From the IMG/VR virus record IMGVR_UViG_3300045988_022004: a stretch of DNA of 60,777 bases. One strand, written 5' to 3'. The number at the start of each line of letters is the position of its first letter. Position 1 is the stretch's first letter. Positions 7,513 through 16,092 of the stretch are shown in pieces. The DNA is from a virus. Under the pieces are notes generated by a model. That model had not been told where the DNA came from. It ran no database searches and saw only the letters and a list, made by a program, of their open reading frames with translations. Position numbers and translations under genes: made by a program.

Positions 7513-10500
7513 CTATGCTGCCATTTCGGCATGTTCATCAATTGCAAATTTTTCAAAGTCAGTAAATTCAGAAATTGTCTCAATTGCTTCATCAGCAAGT
7601 TTGTCATAGTAAGACATATCGATCTCATCCTGAATATTGTTTATTAATACATCTTCTGATTCTAACCAACGATATCCCTTTGTTCCAGACGGAGCGAAGT
7701 ATTTGTCGTCTTTCATGCGGAACAACTGAGCACCGCCGCATCCTTCTTTAACAGGACAGAATCTTCCTACTTTACCAACGAACTTGTAGTCATGTTCTCC
7801 TTCAGCGAGATTCTCATTGAAGTCAAGATCCAGTTCACCACCATTGCTAACTGCAATTGTCTGGCACAAGTCATCAAATTCAATCTTCTCGTGAGTGAAG
7901 AGTTTCTTCTTTACATATGGCACCGCAAACTGAGTTCCAGTTGCTGTCCATCCTTCACCTTTCTCATATGCAATGTAGACCGCATTGTTAACTAAGCAGA
8001 TCTTCTCGTACTCAGCTTCGATCTCAAATGTATATCCATATTTCTTTCCAAAGTCATAAATAAACTGCTCAACTTCTGGAGTTGGATTATCAATCTTGAT
8101 AGAATCTGTTTTGATGTGAACTACGTGAGCCCCAAGTTTCTCAACTTCACCCTTAAGTGTTGCCATAAAGAGTGATCCACGCTTAGCAACAATATTATCA
8201 ATGTTTCTTTCATCCTTAAATAGATTAGTGAAATGAGCTGAAGTTAATCCATATACAGAATTGATAACAATTTTCAACGCCTTGGCTAACTTATCCAGTT
8301 CGTCATTAGCAACATTCACAAATCTAGCAAATGCTCCGCCAAACAGAGTTTTCAGTGCTTCGATGTCACGATGCTTAATTGCAATACGAGCATCAACCAA
8401 ATCCTTGAATCTAGCAGTATACTTCTTACCAAACAGATTGAGTGCAATTACTGAATGGGGATGCATTGATGCTATATCAAATGTTTTGACATTTCTGTAC
8501 ATTCCAGGATCAGCAATTACTAATCCGCCTTCGTTGAGCTTGATTCCTCGATAAGTCGATACACCGTGATCATATACATAGCCTTCAAACTTATTCATTT
8601 CGTTGTATGTTTCATTGCCGTCCATGTCGACAGAGATACCTGTAGAAAGATCGGTGTATATGAATTCTCGCTGTGGGTTCTTGTCTTTACCAAAGATCAG
8701 TTTACCAGACAACATGTTGTTCGTGTCGTTTGGACATCCACCAGCAATCTCAGCCAGTACACATCTTGCTTCAAAGTCTGCAATGTTAGCTTCAAATGTT
8801 GCTTCTGTTGCAATGACATCGTTGTCGCAGTATTCTGCAACCTTAGGCCACAGCTCTTCTGGTACAGGCTGATCCCAAGGTAAAGCCCATTCCTGATGGT
8901 GAATACCTAATTCGATTTCCCACTTCTTTAAGCTCTGTTTCTTAGCACAGAAGTCATAGACATCTGTATAGCTCAGGTTGTATGCTGATCCAAAGAAAGC
9001 ATTCGGACTCTTAGCAATAATATCTTGTGAGAGCTGGAACAAAGCTTCCAACGAATATCCCATCATTCTTGCATATAGGATGTGGTTATCATATCTTCGA
9101 CAGTTAAATCCAACAAGTTTCATTTTGAGGAACTCTTCAACCTCAGCTGATGATGGATTGATCATTCTTGTACAAGGCCCAGGTTCACCTCTATATTTCC
9201 AGTTAACCAATAACAGGTTTGGGAACACCTCAATATCAAAGAATACAATTCTGTCATCCTTTGGAGAGTCTGCTCCAGCAACATCATCCGAACAATAATG
9301 AATCTTTCCAACCTGCTCGAGGCAGTAGTCTGCATGATTTGTACTTGACGCTGCGAATGCTACAATATCATTACGCATGTCTGTTACGTCGTAGTGCTCG
9401 CCTGACTCGTATGCATCATCCAGAATCTTTTTGATAAAGTCAACGCTTGGTTTAGTTCCAGGATGACTTTCTTTCCGAAGATTCTTTTTGATCAATGCTC
9501 GAATCATCTTCTCGCTAGCAACTACTTTAAAGTCTACCATATTTTCACTCCTTTTCTTTAAAGGTAATCCCGAAGATATAGTAGCAATAGCTAAGGTGTT
9601 GCAAGCTGTTACAATTCTTCGCAATGCTCCTTTGCCACTATAAACTTTGATTTCGATATTGTCGCTATATACATTATCAAGTTGCTTCGGGTCACCACTG
9701 TAATAGTAATGCAGATGAACTCCTGCACCACTCTTTGAGAACTCAGCATATGTAGGCGGCCATTTTGACGCCGCCTTTAAGTTCAGTTCTTTAGACTTAT
9801 TGCCATCGGCATCTTTTAGATCAAAGTCAATCACAATCAAGTTCTCTGGAACTCTAACATAATGTAACTTGCTAGTGTCCAGATCTTTAAGAGTGGTTCC
9901 AACTCGATCCCACGCTTTTGATGGCGCATCGCCTTTCGCATATTGAGCCGGACAGTTCTTGCACGCTTCGTCTAGAATCGATTTAGTGCTATCCATTTTA
10001 AGCCATGACTCTTTGGCCTTATCTGGTGTAAGCTCTTTTTCAGTGAACTTATCTTTCTTGAAGCCTTTGTAATAGCTTCTAACTCTTGTTCCATCATCCA
10101 ATGTTGCTCTGTCAAGGAATTCTTCAAAGTAATCCTTTAAGTCTTCCCTAAACTTATACATAGGCATCTTATTCGGAAGTCCAGTATTGTCACAGTACTC
10201 TTTGTAGAGACTATATGCTGCTTTTAATGTTGTACCATTATCCTGTTCAAAGAACGGATAGCAGCTCTCGACAAAGTTGAAGAATACATCGGTTTTAAAC
10301 ATCATGTCTAATGGCTTATATCCATCATAATAATGCTTACCATATTTCTTATATACTTTCATACAATGATTAGCTATAGCTCCAAGTTCATACTGAACCT
10401 GCCCCATGCATTCCTGATAAGTATCTGGATCAAGTAACTCGCCAGTTGGCTTGACATCTATAAGACGTCTAATAATACCCGACTTTGCATCAGTGATTTT

Positions 10501-11343
10501 GACTGGTCGGTTCGTTCCCATAAACAGCATACTGTTAACTCGCATTGGATACTCTGCTTTATATTTTTCAGAAATGCCAATTTCCTCATGAGCAATTATA
10601 GAATTAAGAAGGGTGTTATCTTCAATTCTACTTAAGTCACCGTCGTGCTGTATCATTACCAGCGGATTATCTTTGAACACTGCTGTTGCAAACGATTTTG
10701 ACGAGTTGGCTAAGTCTTTAGCATTAAATGTTCCGCAATATCCATCAAACAGCATTTGGATAATATTAAGGATTGTTGACTTACCGGTTCCAGCTTCGCC
10801 ATAGAATACTAAGAACTTCTGAATCTTTTTAGAGTCGCCAGATATTACTGATCCAATGGCCCACTCGATCTTTCGCCGTTCTTCCGAGTCGTACAGTGTT
10901 GAGATGATTTTCTCATAGCCTGGTATCTTACCTTCTTTGATGTCATATGGTAAGGTCTTGGAACGATAGTCCTCTTTGCTTGTCTTCTGGTTTAGGAATG
11001 TAATATCAGAATCTAACTGTATTGGAGACGATGGGCTAAGCTGGCAATACTTCTTGTACTTTTCCCAGCGTCCATTATCAAAGTCCCTTAAATAGTCCTT
11101 TTCAATTTTGCTGGTTGTAGTTTTGCAAACCTTTTCAAACGTTTCATCAACTAAACGATCCACATAATCAATAACATCATATTCATCAGTAGACCATCTG
11201 TTCTTCTTCTCATCCCAGATAGCATAGAACGCCTTACCTTTGCATAACAGATTATCGACTTCTTTAGAAACAGCGAACGTCGGGTGAATGACCGTTGCAT
11301 CCCTAGACTTGACATATGAACTCTTAATTGTTACAAAATTCAT
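7513..11343 (-). CDS. Fusion replicase: SF3 (D5/P4-type) helicase, then AEP primase-polymerase, then family B DNA polymerase.
   Basis: 1276 aa from ATG 11343; the track start at 11388 is a TTG.
- SF3 helicase: Walker A GEAGTGKS (nt 10777-10800), MIQHDGD, MGTN.
- AEP primase: VIDFDLKD and SGAGVHLHYYY (about nt 9700-9840).
- PolB: FFDIEVFPN, NCRRYDNHIL, YCDNDV, DIASMHPHS, KIVINSVYG, HIKTDSI. Confidence 0.85.
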   Translation of the reverse strand: MNFVTIKSSYVKSRDATVIHPTFAVSKEVDNLLCKGKAFYAIWDEKKNRWSTDEYDVIDYVDRLVDETFEKVCKTTTSKIEKDYLRDFDNGRWEKYKKYCQLSPSSPIQLDSDITFLNQKTSKEDYRSKTLPYDIKEGKIPGYEKIISTLYDSEERRKIEWAIGSVISGDSKKIQKFLVFYGEAGTGKSTILNIIQMLFDGYCGTFNAKDLANSSKSFATAVFKDNPLVMIQHDGDLSRIEDNTLLNSIIAHEEIGISEKYKAEYPMRVNSMLFMGTNRPVKITDAKSGIIRRLIDVKPTGELLDPDTYQECMGQVQYELGAIANHCMKVYKKYGKHYYDGYKPLDMMFKTDVFFNFVESCYPFFEQDNGTTLKAAYSLYKEYCDNTGLPNKMPMYKFREDLKDYFEEFLDRATLDDGTRVRSYYKGFKKDKFTEKELTPDKAKESWLKMDSTKSILDEACKNCPAQYAKGDAPSKAWDRVGTTLKDLDTSKLHYVRVPENLIVIDFDLKDADGNKSKELNLKAASKWPPTYAEFSKSGAGVHLHYYYSGDPKQLDNVYSDNIEIKVYSGKGALRRIVTACNTLAIATISSGLPLKKRSENMVDFKVVASEKMIRALIKKNLRKESHPGTKPSVDFIKKILDDAYESGEHYDVTDMRNDIVAFAASSTNHADYCLEQVGKIHYCSDDVAGADSPKDDRIVFFDIEVFPNLLLVNWKYRGEPGPCTRMINPSSAEVEEFLKMKLVGFNCRRYDNHILYARMMGYSLEALFQLSQDIIAKSPNAFFGSAYNLSYTDVYDFCAKKQSLKKWEIELGIHHQEWALPWDQPVPEELWPKVAEYCDNDVIATEATFEANIADFEARCVLAEIAGGCPNDTNNMLSGKLIFGKDKNPQREFIYTDLSTGISVDMDGNETYNEMNKFEGYVYDHGVSTYRGIKLNEGGLVIADPGMYRNVKTFDIASMHPHSVIALNLFGKKYTARFKDLVDARIAIKHRDIEALKTLFGGAFARFVNVANDELDKLAKALKIVINSVYGLTSAHFTNLFKDERNIDNIVAKRGSLFMATLKGEVEKLGAHVVHIKTDSIKIDNPTPEVEQFIYDFGKKYGYTFEIEAEYEKICLVNNAVYIAYEKGEGWTATGTQFAVPYVKKKLFTHEKIEFDDLCQTIAVSNGGELDLDFNENLAEGEHDYKFVGKVGRFCPVKEGCGGAQLFRMKDDKYFAPSGTKGYRWLESEDVLINNIQDEIDMSYYDKLADEAIETISEFTDFEKFAIDEHAEMAA

Positions 11344-11522
11344 ACTTTTCCCTTTCCTGACCATTTGGGCACAAAAATGTGCTTTCAAAAACTTTTATAT
11401 ATTTTCATACTTTTCTAAAAAGTTTTTTAAACTATATAAAAAATGGGTTTTTGGCCAATAAGGGCTTAAAATACCCCTAAAAAGCCACTTTTTCACCAAT
11501 TTTTGAAATTCACTGGTCAAAT

Positions 11523-11759
11523 TTATTTTGCGTTTTCACCCGTTAAAAAGGCATATAATTGGTCAGCAGAAGCCCCTCTAACCACTGAAATCAGTTGCAA
11601 TTTCCCTTTTTGGTCATTTTTGGCACATTCTCCAGCGACCGATAACCAGCTTTCCTGCTTCCCATCAGACGGATTATACTGCAAAATCAGCAGTTTTCCA
11701 CCCTCCGAATTAGGTAAAACCTTACTAACATAGTCCTCATTGTTCTTCGTATTTCCCAT
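11523..11759 (-). CDS. Hypothetical small protein; MGNTK...QYNPSDG paralog A.
   Basis: Track ORF. It shares its start region and the QYNPSDG motif with 11791..12006. Confidence 0.65.
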   Translation of the reverse strand: MGNTKNNEDYVSKVLPNSEGGKLLILQYNPSDGKQESWLSVAGECAKNDQKGKLQLISVVRGASADQLYAFLTGENAK

Positions 11760-11790
11760 AATATCTACCTCAACTTTCTTTTATTTCTAC

Positions 11791-12006
11791 CTAAATCGCC
11801 TTATTATTTACGATGATATCGTGTATTTTATCGGCCTGATTACCTTTCCAACATGCTACAGCTCGCAATCCAGCGCTTTTGCCATCCTCAATTTTCTCTT
11901 TGGCAACAGTAAAGTAGCTAGGACTAGCGCCATCGGAAGGATTGTATTGACATATAAACATCTCAGATTTATCCATATTAGGAATAAATTTCTTCGTATT
12001 TCCCAT
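11791..12006 (-). CDS. Hypothetical small protein; MGNTK...QYNPSDG paralog B.
   Basis: Track ORF. Its 5' region is duplicated (GAGGTAGATATTATGGGAAATAC). Confidence 0.65.
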   Translation of the reverse strand: MGNTKKFIPNMDKSEMFICQYNPSDGASPSYFTVAKEKIEDGKSAGLRAVACWKGNQADKIHDIIVNNKAI

Positions 12007-12016
12007 AATATCTACC

Positions 12017-12436
12017 TCAACTTTCTTTATTTTCTGTATTAACTGCTACTACTTTCTTATAATCGGCACCCGTAGCTAATACCTCTTTACAATCTACGCA
12101 CCCTATAAAATGCCCGGAACGCTGCTGCACTCCTTCAATCTTATTCTTAGCGTCCCTAATGTCTCTAACCGGATCTGGCATAACCTTACCATCATCAATG
12201 GTTGCTCTATTTTTGTATACTCTGGCGTGATCCCAGATTAACTCATTCTTACCAAATGCTTCCGCCAAAATAGTAAGTAGTTTGACATCATTCCTCCGCT
12301 GTTTGGAAGTACCCTCAAACGGCTTCCCTGATTCTTTCTCCATTGTTTCAAGGTTCTGTGTAACACGTACCAAGGCTTCCAAAACCATGTCGTGCTGAGC
12401 CGCTAAACTGAATCCCATAAATTCTTTCTTTGTCAT
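12017..12436 (-). CDS. Hypothetical protein.
   Basis: Co-oriented track ORF in a tightly packed operon. Confidence 0.65.
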   Translation of the reverse strand: MTKKEFMGFSLAAQHDMVLEALVRVTQNLETMEKESGKPFEGTSKQRRNDVKLLTILAEAFGKNELIWDHARVYKNRATIDDGKVMPDPVRDIRDAKNKIEGVQQRSGHFIGCVDCKEVLATGADYKKVVAVNTENKES

Positions 12437-12684
12437 TCTTCGTCCCTCCCTAAATCTTTAACCCAATCTAATTCACCTGCAGCGAACGCAAAAGCAATAG
12501 CGCTGAGAACGTCGATGGCTGAATCAGAGAACGCACCAGCCGGTCCGTTCTTCACTAAATATCTAGTAGCATTTAACACACTACCGCGGCATTCATCGCA
12601 AGTAAACATACCTTCTACACACCGCTCTACTTTTACTTTTTTGAGCTCTTCCTCTGTCATTTTCATAACTGTAGGTCTTTTCAT
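12433..12684 (-). CDS. Hypothetical protein.
   Basis: Co-oriented track ORF; its stop overlaps the next gene's start by 4 nt. Confidence 0.6.
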   Translation of the reverse strand: MKRPTVMKMTEEELKKVKVERCVEGMFTCDECRGSVLNATRYLVKNGPAGAFSDSAIDVLSAIAFAFAAGELDWVKDLGRDEE

Positions 12685-12722
12685 TGTAATTACCTCCTTA
12701 TATATGCTTTTATTGCAATAGA

Positions 12723-13277
12723 CTATAAATGGATCTCTTCCTTATAATTTGCATTGAGATACTCACACATCTGATCCCAGATCTGCATACGTCTCAAGTT
12801 CTTTTTAGTTCCTTTGACCCACCATAAACCGCCTTCTCCATCCTGCTCATACTTACGTGCAGCGCATCTTTTGAGGATAGTTTCATCGTCTTCAGAGCAG
12901 TCCAGATAAAGGCCAAGCGAGTCGATCATAACGTTAAACCAATGCGGCGTACGGTCTCCAAATTCATCATTGCCCATGATAGAATCTTCGCAACGGATAG
13001 CCAAGCCAACCATCATTTCAAGCCATGAACACTGTTTATCAAGTAATGCTTTTCTGACTTCTGGATAGCTATAGCCACACTCGTATGCGAACGTTGAACG
13101 AAGATCGACACCGTCTGCAGCTCGGTTAGCGTCAAGTTTATGGGACCATTCAAAGTCGGTTGAGAACAGCCATTTGAACCCCTGAATGTGCTCATTTTTC
13201 GCTGGATCAACGGCGATTTTGCTTAAAAGCCACTCGAAATAGTCCATTTTGACCCTATTTTTGTCGATTTTTGTCAT
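12723..13277 (-). CDS. Conserved-looking hypothetical phage protein (FEWSHKLDANRAADGVDLR motif).
   Basis: Co-oriented track ORF of 184 aa. Confidence 0.65.
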   Translation of the reverse strand: MTKIDKNRVKMDYFEWLLSKIAVDPAKNEHIQGFKWLFSTDFEWSHKLDANRAADGVDLRSTFAYECGYSYPEVRKALLDKQCSWLEMMVGLAIRCEDSIMGNDEFGDRTPHWFNVMIDSLGLYLDCSEDDETILKRCAARKYEQDGEGGLWWVKGTKKNLRRMQIWDQMCEYLNANYKEEIHL

Positions 13278-13371
13278 TTTTTTCCTTTCTAGACTGTTTT
13301 TCAGCCTCTTTTATAGCTTTTTCATACCTGTAGACGCTATGCAATGTGTCTGGATAATATTCTTTTATCAT
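13255..13371 (-). CDS. Possible 38-aa micro-ORF (MIKEYYPDTLHSVYRYEKAIKEAEKQ...).
   Basis: Its ATG overlaps the upstream TGA (ATGA) and follows GGAGGTCACATT. It is not in the track because it is under 60 aa. Confidence 0.3.
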   Translation of the reverse strand: MIKEYYPDTLHSVYRYEKAIKEAEKQSRKEKNDKNRQK

Positions 13372-14027
13372 AATGTGACCTCCTCTAGGAATTCATCATA
13401 AGTCATGTCCTCGTACTGGATACAGTCGATCTTGATGCCTTCGCGAGCGTTCTTCACGTACAAAGTATCAACCTCGAACTCGCCAAATGAGTCTAAGTTC
13501 TCTTCACCAAGAAGCTCGATACCGTCCATAATTTCTTCAGTACCATCCTCTGAGTATACCTTGTTCTCCTTAGGTAAGTAGTTCCATACAACTCTCTTAA
13601 GACCATCATCTTCCATATAGTCGGAAGGATCGATGATCACTGGACCAATAGCAGCTCCAACTCTCTTTTCTACGTCAATCTCGTCGATTTTCTCGATATC
13701 TGGAGTACGGATCTTGGCATAATTGATCCTTTCGAGCTTTGCATCGGCCTCATCTTTGCCTGTATCTACGCTGGAAATGCTCTTTTCTGTCGCTGTGGAG
13801 TACCTTTTCAGTGCTTTTTCGGCATCTTCTTCCAGGTTTTTCTCCATTTCCTTCAGATCTTCGCTCTTTTCTTCGGCTTTTTCCTTGTGTGCAGCCTCAT
13901 AATCAGCCTTAAACTGGCTAATTTCATTGTCAATGTAGGTCTCACAGGCCTTTTTCATTCCAAAATACATTGCTGTAGCACCACCAGCAGCTCCTAATAT
14001 AAAACTTAATACTACTTTTCCACTCAT
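13368..14027 (-). CDS. Membrane-anchored acidic protein.
   Basis: Hydrophobic N-terminal segment (VVLSFILGAAGGATAMYFGM), followed by an E/D/K-rich region. Confidence 0.65.
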   Translation of the reverse strand: MSGKVVLSFILGAAGGATAMYFGMKKACETYIDNEISQFKADYEAAHKEKAEEKSEDLKEMEKNLEEDAEKALKRYSTATEKSISSVDTGKDEADAKLERINYAKIRTPDIEKIDEIDVEKRVGAAIGPVIIDPSDYMEDDGLKRVVWNYLPKENKVYSEDGTEEIMDGIELLGEENLDSFGEFEVDTLYVKNAREGIKIDCIQYEDMTYDEFLEEVTL

Positions 14028-14222
14028 TTATTTTTCCTCCTTATTTGGACTAAGATCAACACCTAAGATATACTTCTTTTTAGTGTACGGATTGTCCTGA
14101 CAATTAAACCTGCATGCTCCCTGATTTCTTACCTGAATATAACATTCATCAAAGTAAGGACATGACCGCTCCTCTTCAGTATATGTACGATCGTCCCTAG
14201 ATGTATGTTCAAACTCCTGCAT
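14028..14222 (-). CDS. Small Cys-rich protein.
   Basis: Track ORF containing CPYFDECY...ACRFNC. Confidence 0.55.
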   Translation of the reverse strand: MQEFEHTSRDDRTYTEEERSCPYFDECYIQVRNQGACRFNCQDNPYTKKKYILGVDLSPNKEEK

Positions 14223-14232
14223 AATAACCTCC

Positions 14233-14415
14233 TTATATTTTGACCATCCACGATATAATCATGGCCGCAGCGAAAAATACAATTATAAGATACGATATAA
14301 TATCTATGTCATGCTTCTTGAAGATGGTCTTTATAGTGTGTATTATAGCAGCTACAATAGCACCGCCTAAAAGAAATAAGCTTAAAACTCTGAAGAATAT
14401 AAATATGTATACCAT
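14233..14415 (-). CDS. Small two-helix membrane protein; paralog of 14426..14605.
   Basis: Hydrophobic 60 aa. It shares the I/LKxIFKKHD motif and has the GGAGGTCAAAATG start context. Confidence 0.6.
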   Translation of the reverse strand: MVYIFIFFRVLSLFLLGGAIVAAIIHTIKTIFKKHDIDIISYLIIVFFAAAMIISWMVKI

Positions 14416-14425
14416 TTTGACCTCC

Positions 14426-14605
14426 CTAGTCCAATGGAATGAACCATGATACTCCTGAATAGATGAATACGAAGATAATAAAAGCTAATGTAATAGTCAA
14501 TCCCACATCGTGTTTCTTAAATATCTGTTTTAATGGATTCATAATTCCTACGCCAACAAACCCACACAAAATGAGTATGTTTAAGCCTCTTACAAGGATA
14601 ATCAT
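14426..14605 (-). CDS. Small two-helix membrane protein; paralog of 14233..14415.
   Basis: The track ORF starts at TTG 14614. The ATG at 14605 aligns with the paralog's start. Confidence 0.55.
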   Translation of the reverse strand: MIILVRGLNILILCGFVGVGIMNPLKQIFKKHDVGLTITLAFIIFVFIYSGVSWFIPLD

Positions 14606-14606
14606 A

Positions 14607-14756
14607 CTATTCAACTCTGATCACCGTCCCTGTCTGAGCGTTAACATAATACTTATGGTGCTTGTAAGTTACAAAGTCACCGTCAAATGCACCGCCAGTA
14701 CTAAAAAGTTTGCGCATGATTTCTAGTTTTCTAAACCAATCGATAATTCTCTTCAT
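14607..14756 (-). CDS. 49-aa hypothetical protein (MKRIIDWFRKLEIMRKLF...).
   Basis: ATG preceded by AGGAGGAATTAAA; stop is a TAG at 14607. It is not in the track because it is under 60 aa. Confidence 0.45.
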   Translation of the reverse strand: MKRIIDWFRKLEIMRKLFSTGGAFDGDFVTYKHHKYYVNAQTGTVIRVE

Positions 14757-14787
14757 TTTAATTCCTCCTATTTTCGAAAAATGAAAG

Positions 14788-14866
14788 GAGATGCAAACGG
14801 GATATGAACCCGCATCTCTGGTATAGGGAAATACCAGTGCACTGCTATTGTGCTATTACGCATCTC
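14788..14866 (-). ncRNA. Promoter-proximal structured leader of about 79 nt. It can fold as a cloverleaf (tRNA-like) or, alternatively, as a terminator hairpin.
   Basis: GAGATGC (14866-14860) and a second GAGATGC (14818-14812) can each pair with GCATCTC (14794-14788). Three internal hairpins are present. One has a T-arm-like GGTTCATATCC. A U-rich tract follows. Confidence 0.4.
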
Positions 14867-14871
14867 TTCTC

Positions 14872-14896
14872 ATTATAACATGTGTTTTTTCTGCGA
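14872..14896 (-). promoter_or_regulatory. Promoter-like cassette P2: TCGCAG-N13-TATAAT, with a TGT extension.
   Basis: Consensus geometry. The predicted transcription start falls at the first base of the structured leader. Confidence 0.5.
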
Positions 14897-14897
14897 G

Positions 14898-15164
14898 TTA
14901 TTCTGGTTTGTTCATAGGGAAGTTGTCATCCCTAGACATTTTGATCCAGTTGTAGAATCGCTCGAAGCAATTCGGACAAAGATCTATAACTGCTGGCATA
15001 TCAGTAAGCTTATCACCACTCTGTGTGCTTAACTGGGAAGTTGACGCCGGAAACTTGTTTTCTCCAGCCTTGTTTTTCCACCAGACAGTGATTCCATCAT
15101 ATACAGGGTTCTCCTTTTCACTGTATACATTACCACATAAATCGCATTTACAAATTCCTCTCAT
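14898..15164 (-). CDS. CxxC...CxxC zinc-ribbon protein; paralog 1 of 3.
   Basis: CKCDLCG ... CPNCFERF, shared with the next two genes. Confidence 0.7.
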   Translation of the reverse strand: MRGICKCDLCGNVYSEKENPVYDGITVWWKNKAGENKFPASTSQLSTQSGDKLTDMPAVIDLCPNCFERFYNWIKMSRDDNFPMNKPE

Positions 15165-15415
15165 TATTTTTTCTCCTCCTTAATACTTTTTACCAAGTCA
15201 CAGAATCGCTCGAAGCAATCAGGACAAATATCCATAACCTCTGGAACATCTTTCATCGATTCACCATTTGGAGCAACGATATTATATTTTCTGTCCCCGT
15301 GCATAGTAGTGTCTGTCTCTTTGTCGAAATACCAGACCATGAGTCCATCATAGTTCTTATTCTCACCTCTGTGATATATCTTACCACAAATATCGCATTT
15401 ACAAAATCCAATCAT
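15164..15415 (-). CDS. CxxC...CxxC zinc-ribbon protein; paralog 2 of 3.
   Basis: CKCDICG ... CPDCFERF. Confidence 0.7.
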   Translation of the reverse strand: MIGFCKCDICGKIYHRGENKNYDGLMVWYFDKETDTTMHGDRKYNIVAPNGESMKDVPEVMDICPDCFERFCDLVKSIKEEKK

Positions 15416-15591
15416 TTCGTTTCCTCCTTAACCATTTTAATCCAGTTGCAGAATTTCTCAAAGCAATCTGGACAAATATCTATCATTTCTGGAACATCAG
15501 TAATGTATTTGCCTTCTGGAGTACACAGTTTTTTCATCATCACATTGTGGTATATACTACCACACACATCACACATACAATATCCTCCCAT
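15412..15591 (-). CDS. CxxC...CxxC zinc-ribbon protein; paralog 3 of 3.
   Basis: CMCDVCG ... CPDCFEKF. The ATG at 15591 follows GGAGGTAATTGAA. The longer track ORF overlaps the upstream gene. Confidence 0.65.
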   Translation of the reverse strand: MGGYCMCDVCGSIYHNVMMKKLCTPEGKYITDVPEMIDICPDCFEKFCNWIKMVKEETK

Positions 15592-15604
15592 TTCAATTAC
15601 CTCC

Positions 15605-16075
15605 TTAAAATTCTTTATAGTATTTTGACGTAAGTTTCTTGATTTTCTTAATAAACGTCTTACTTTTGCTGCTTTTAGCATAATTCGTTTTGTTAGTATA
15701 TTCTTCGAAATCAATGTCATCCTCGCCGCAATAACACCACGTAGAAGTAACATACATAGTGCCATGAACTATTGCCCCGTAAGCATTAGAAGCTGCATAA
15801 TCAACCTTCCAAGTAATTGTCTTGTAGTCATCAAGAATTCCCAATGCTGCATATACATCGAAATTATCCTTGCTAAGTGTATATTTAACACTACTAATTT
15901 TTCTTATTTTGAATGAGTCTGGGTCCCACAGTTCATTATTCTGGAAGACAGCTATTGTGTAAGCTAAATTCTTTTCATCCTTAGTGTATTTAGTTTTGGC
16001 ATTTACTGGTTGAACCATACCTAAGCAAATAGCAACTGCAAGTAACAAATATAATCCTTTAGTAATTTTCTTCAT
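15605..16075 (-). CDS. Secreted protein with a signal peptide.
   Basis: The N-terminus MKKITKGLYLLLAVAICLGMVQPVNA has n-, h- and c-regions ending in an AxA-type site. Confidence 0.6.
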   Translation of the reverse strand: MKKITKGLYLLLAVAICLGMVQPVNAKTKYTKDEKNLAYTIAVFQNNELWDPDSFKIRKISSVKYTLSKDNFDVYAALGILDDYKTITWKVDYAASNAYGAIVHGTMYVTSTWCYCGEDDIDFEEYTNKTNYAKSSKSKTFIKKIKKLTSKYYKEF

Positions 16076-16092
16076 TTTAATTCCTCCAATTT

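Noticed and set aside
11344-11388. N-terminal extensions created by upstream TTG or GTG starts in the track. Examples are 11388, 49703, 36306, 33104, 28617, 14614, 21772, 27917 and 15765.
   Set aside because: In each case an internal ATG has a properly spaced GGAGG-type RBS. The extension also overlaps the upstream gene, a hairpin or a promoter cassette.
14788-14866. Possible tRNA gene, suggested by a T-arm-like GGTTCATATCC and a 7-bp acceptor-like stem.
   Set aside because: The junctions are wrong for a tRNA: 6 nt instead of 2 after the acceptor stem and 3 extra nt before its 3' strand. The middle arm can only give a 6- or 8-nt loop, never 7. There is no U8 and no proper D-arm spacing. It is kept as a structured leader, not a tRNA.
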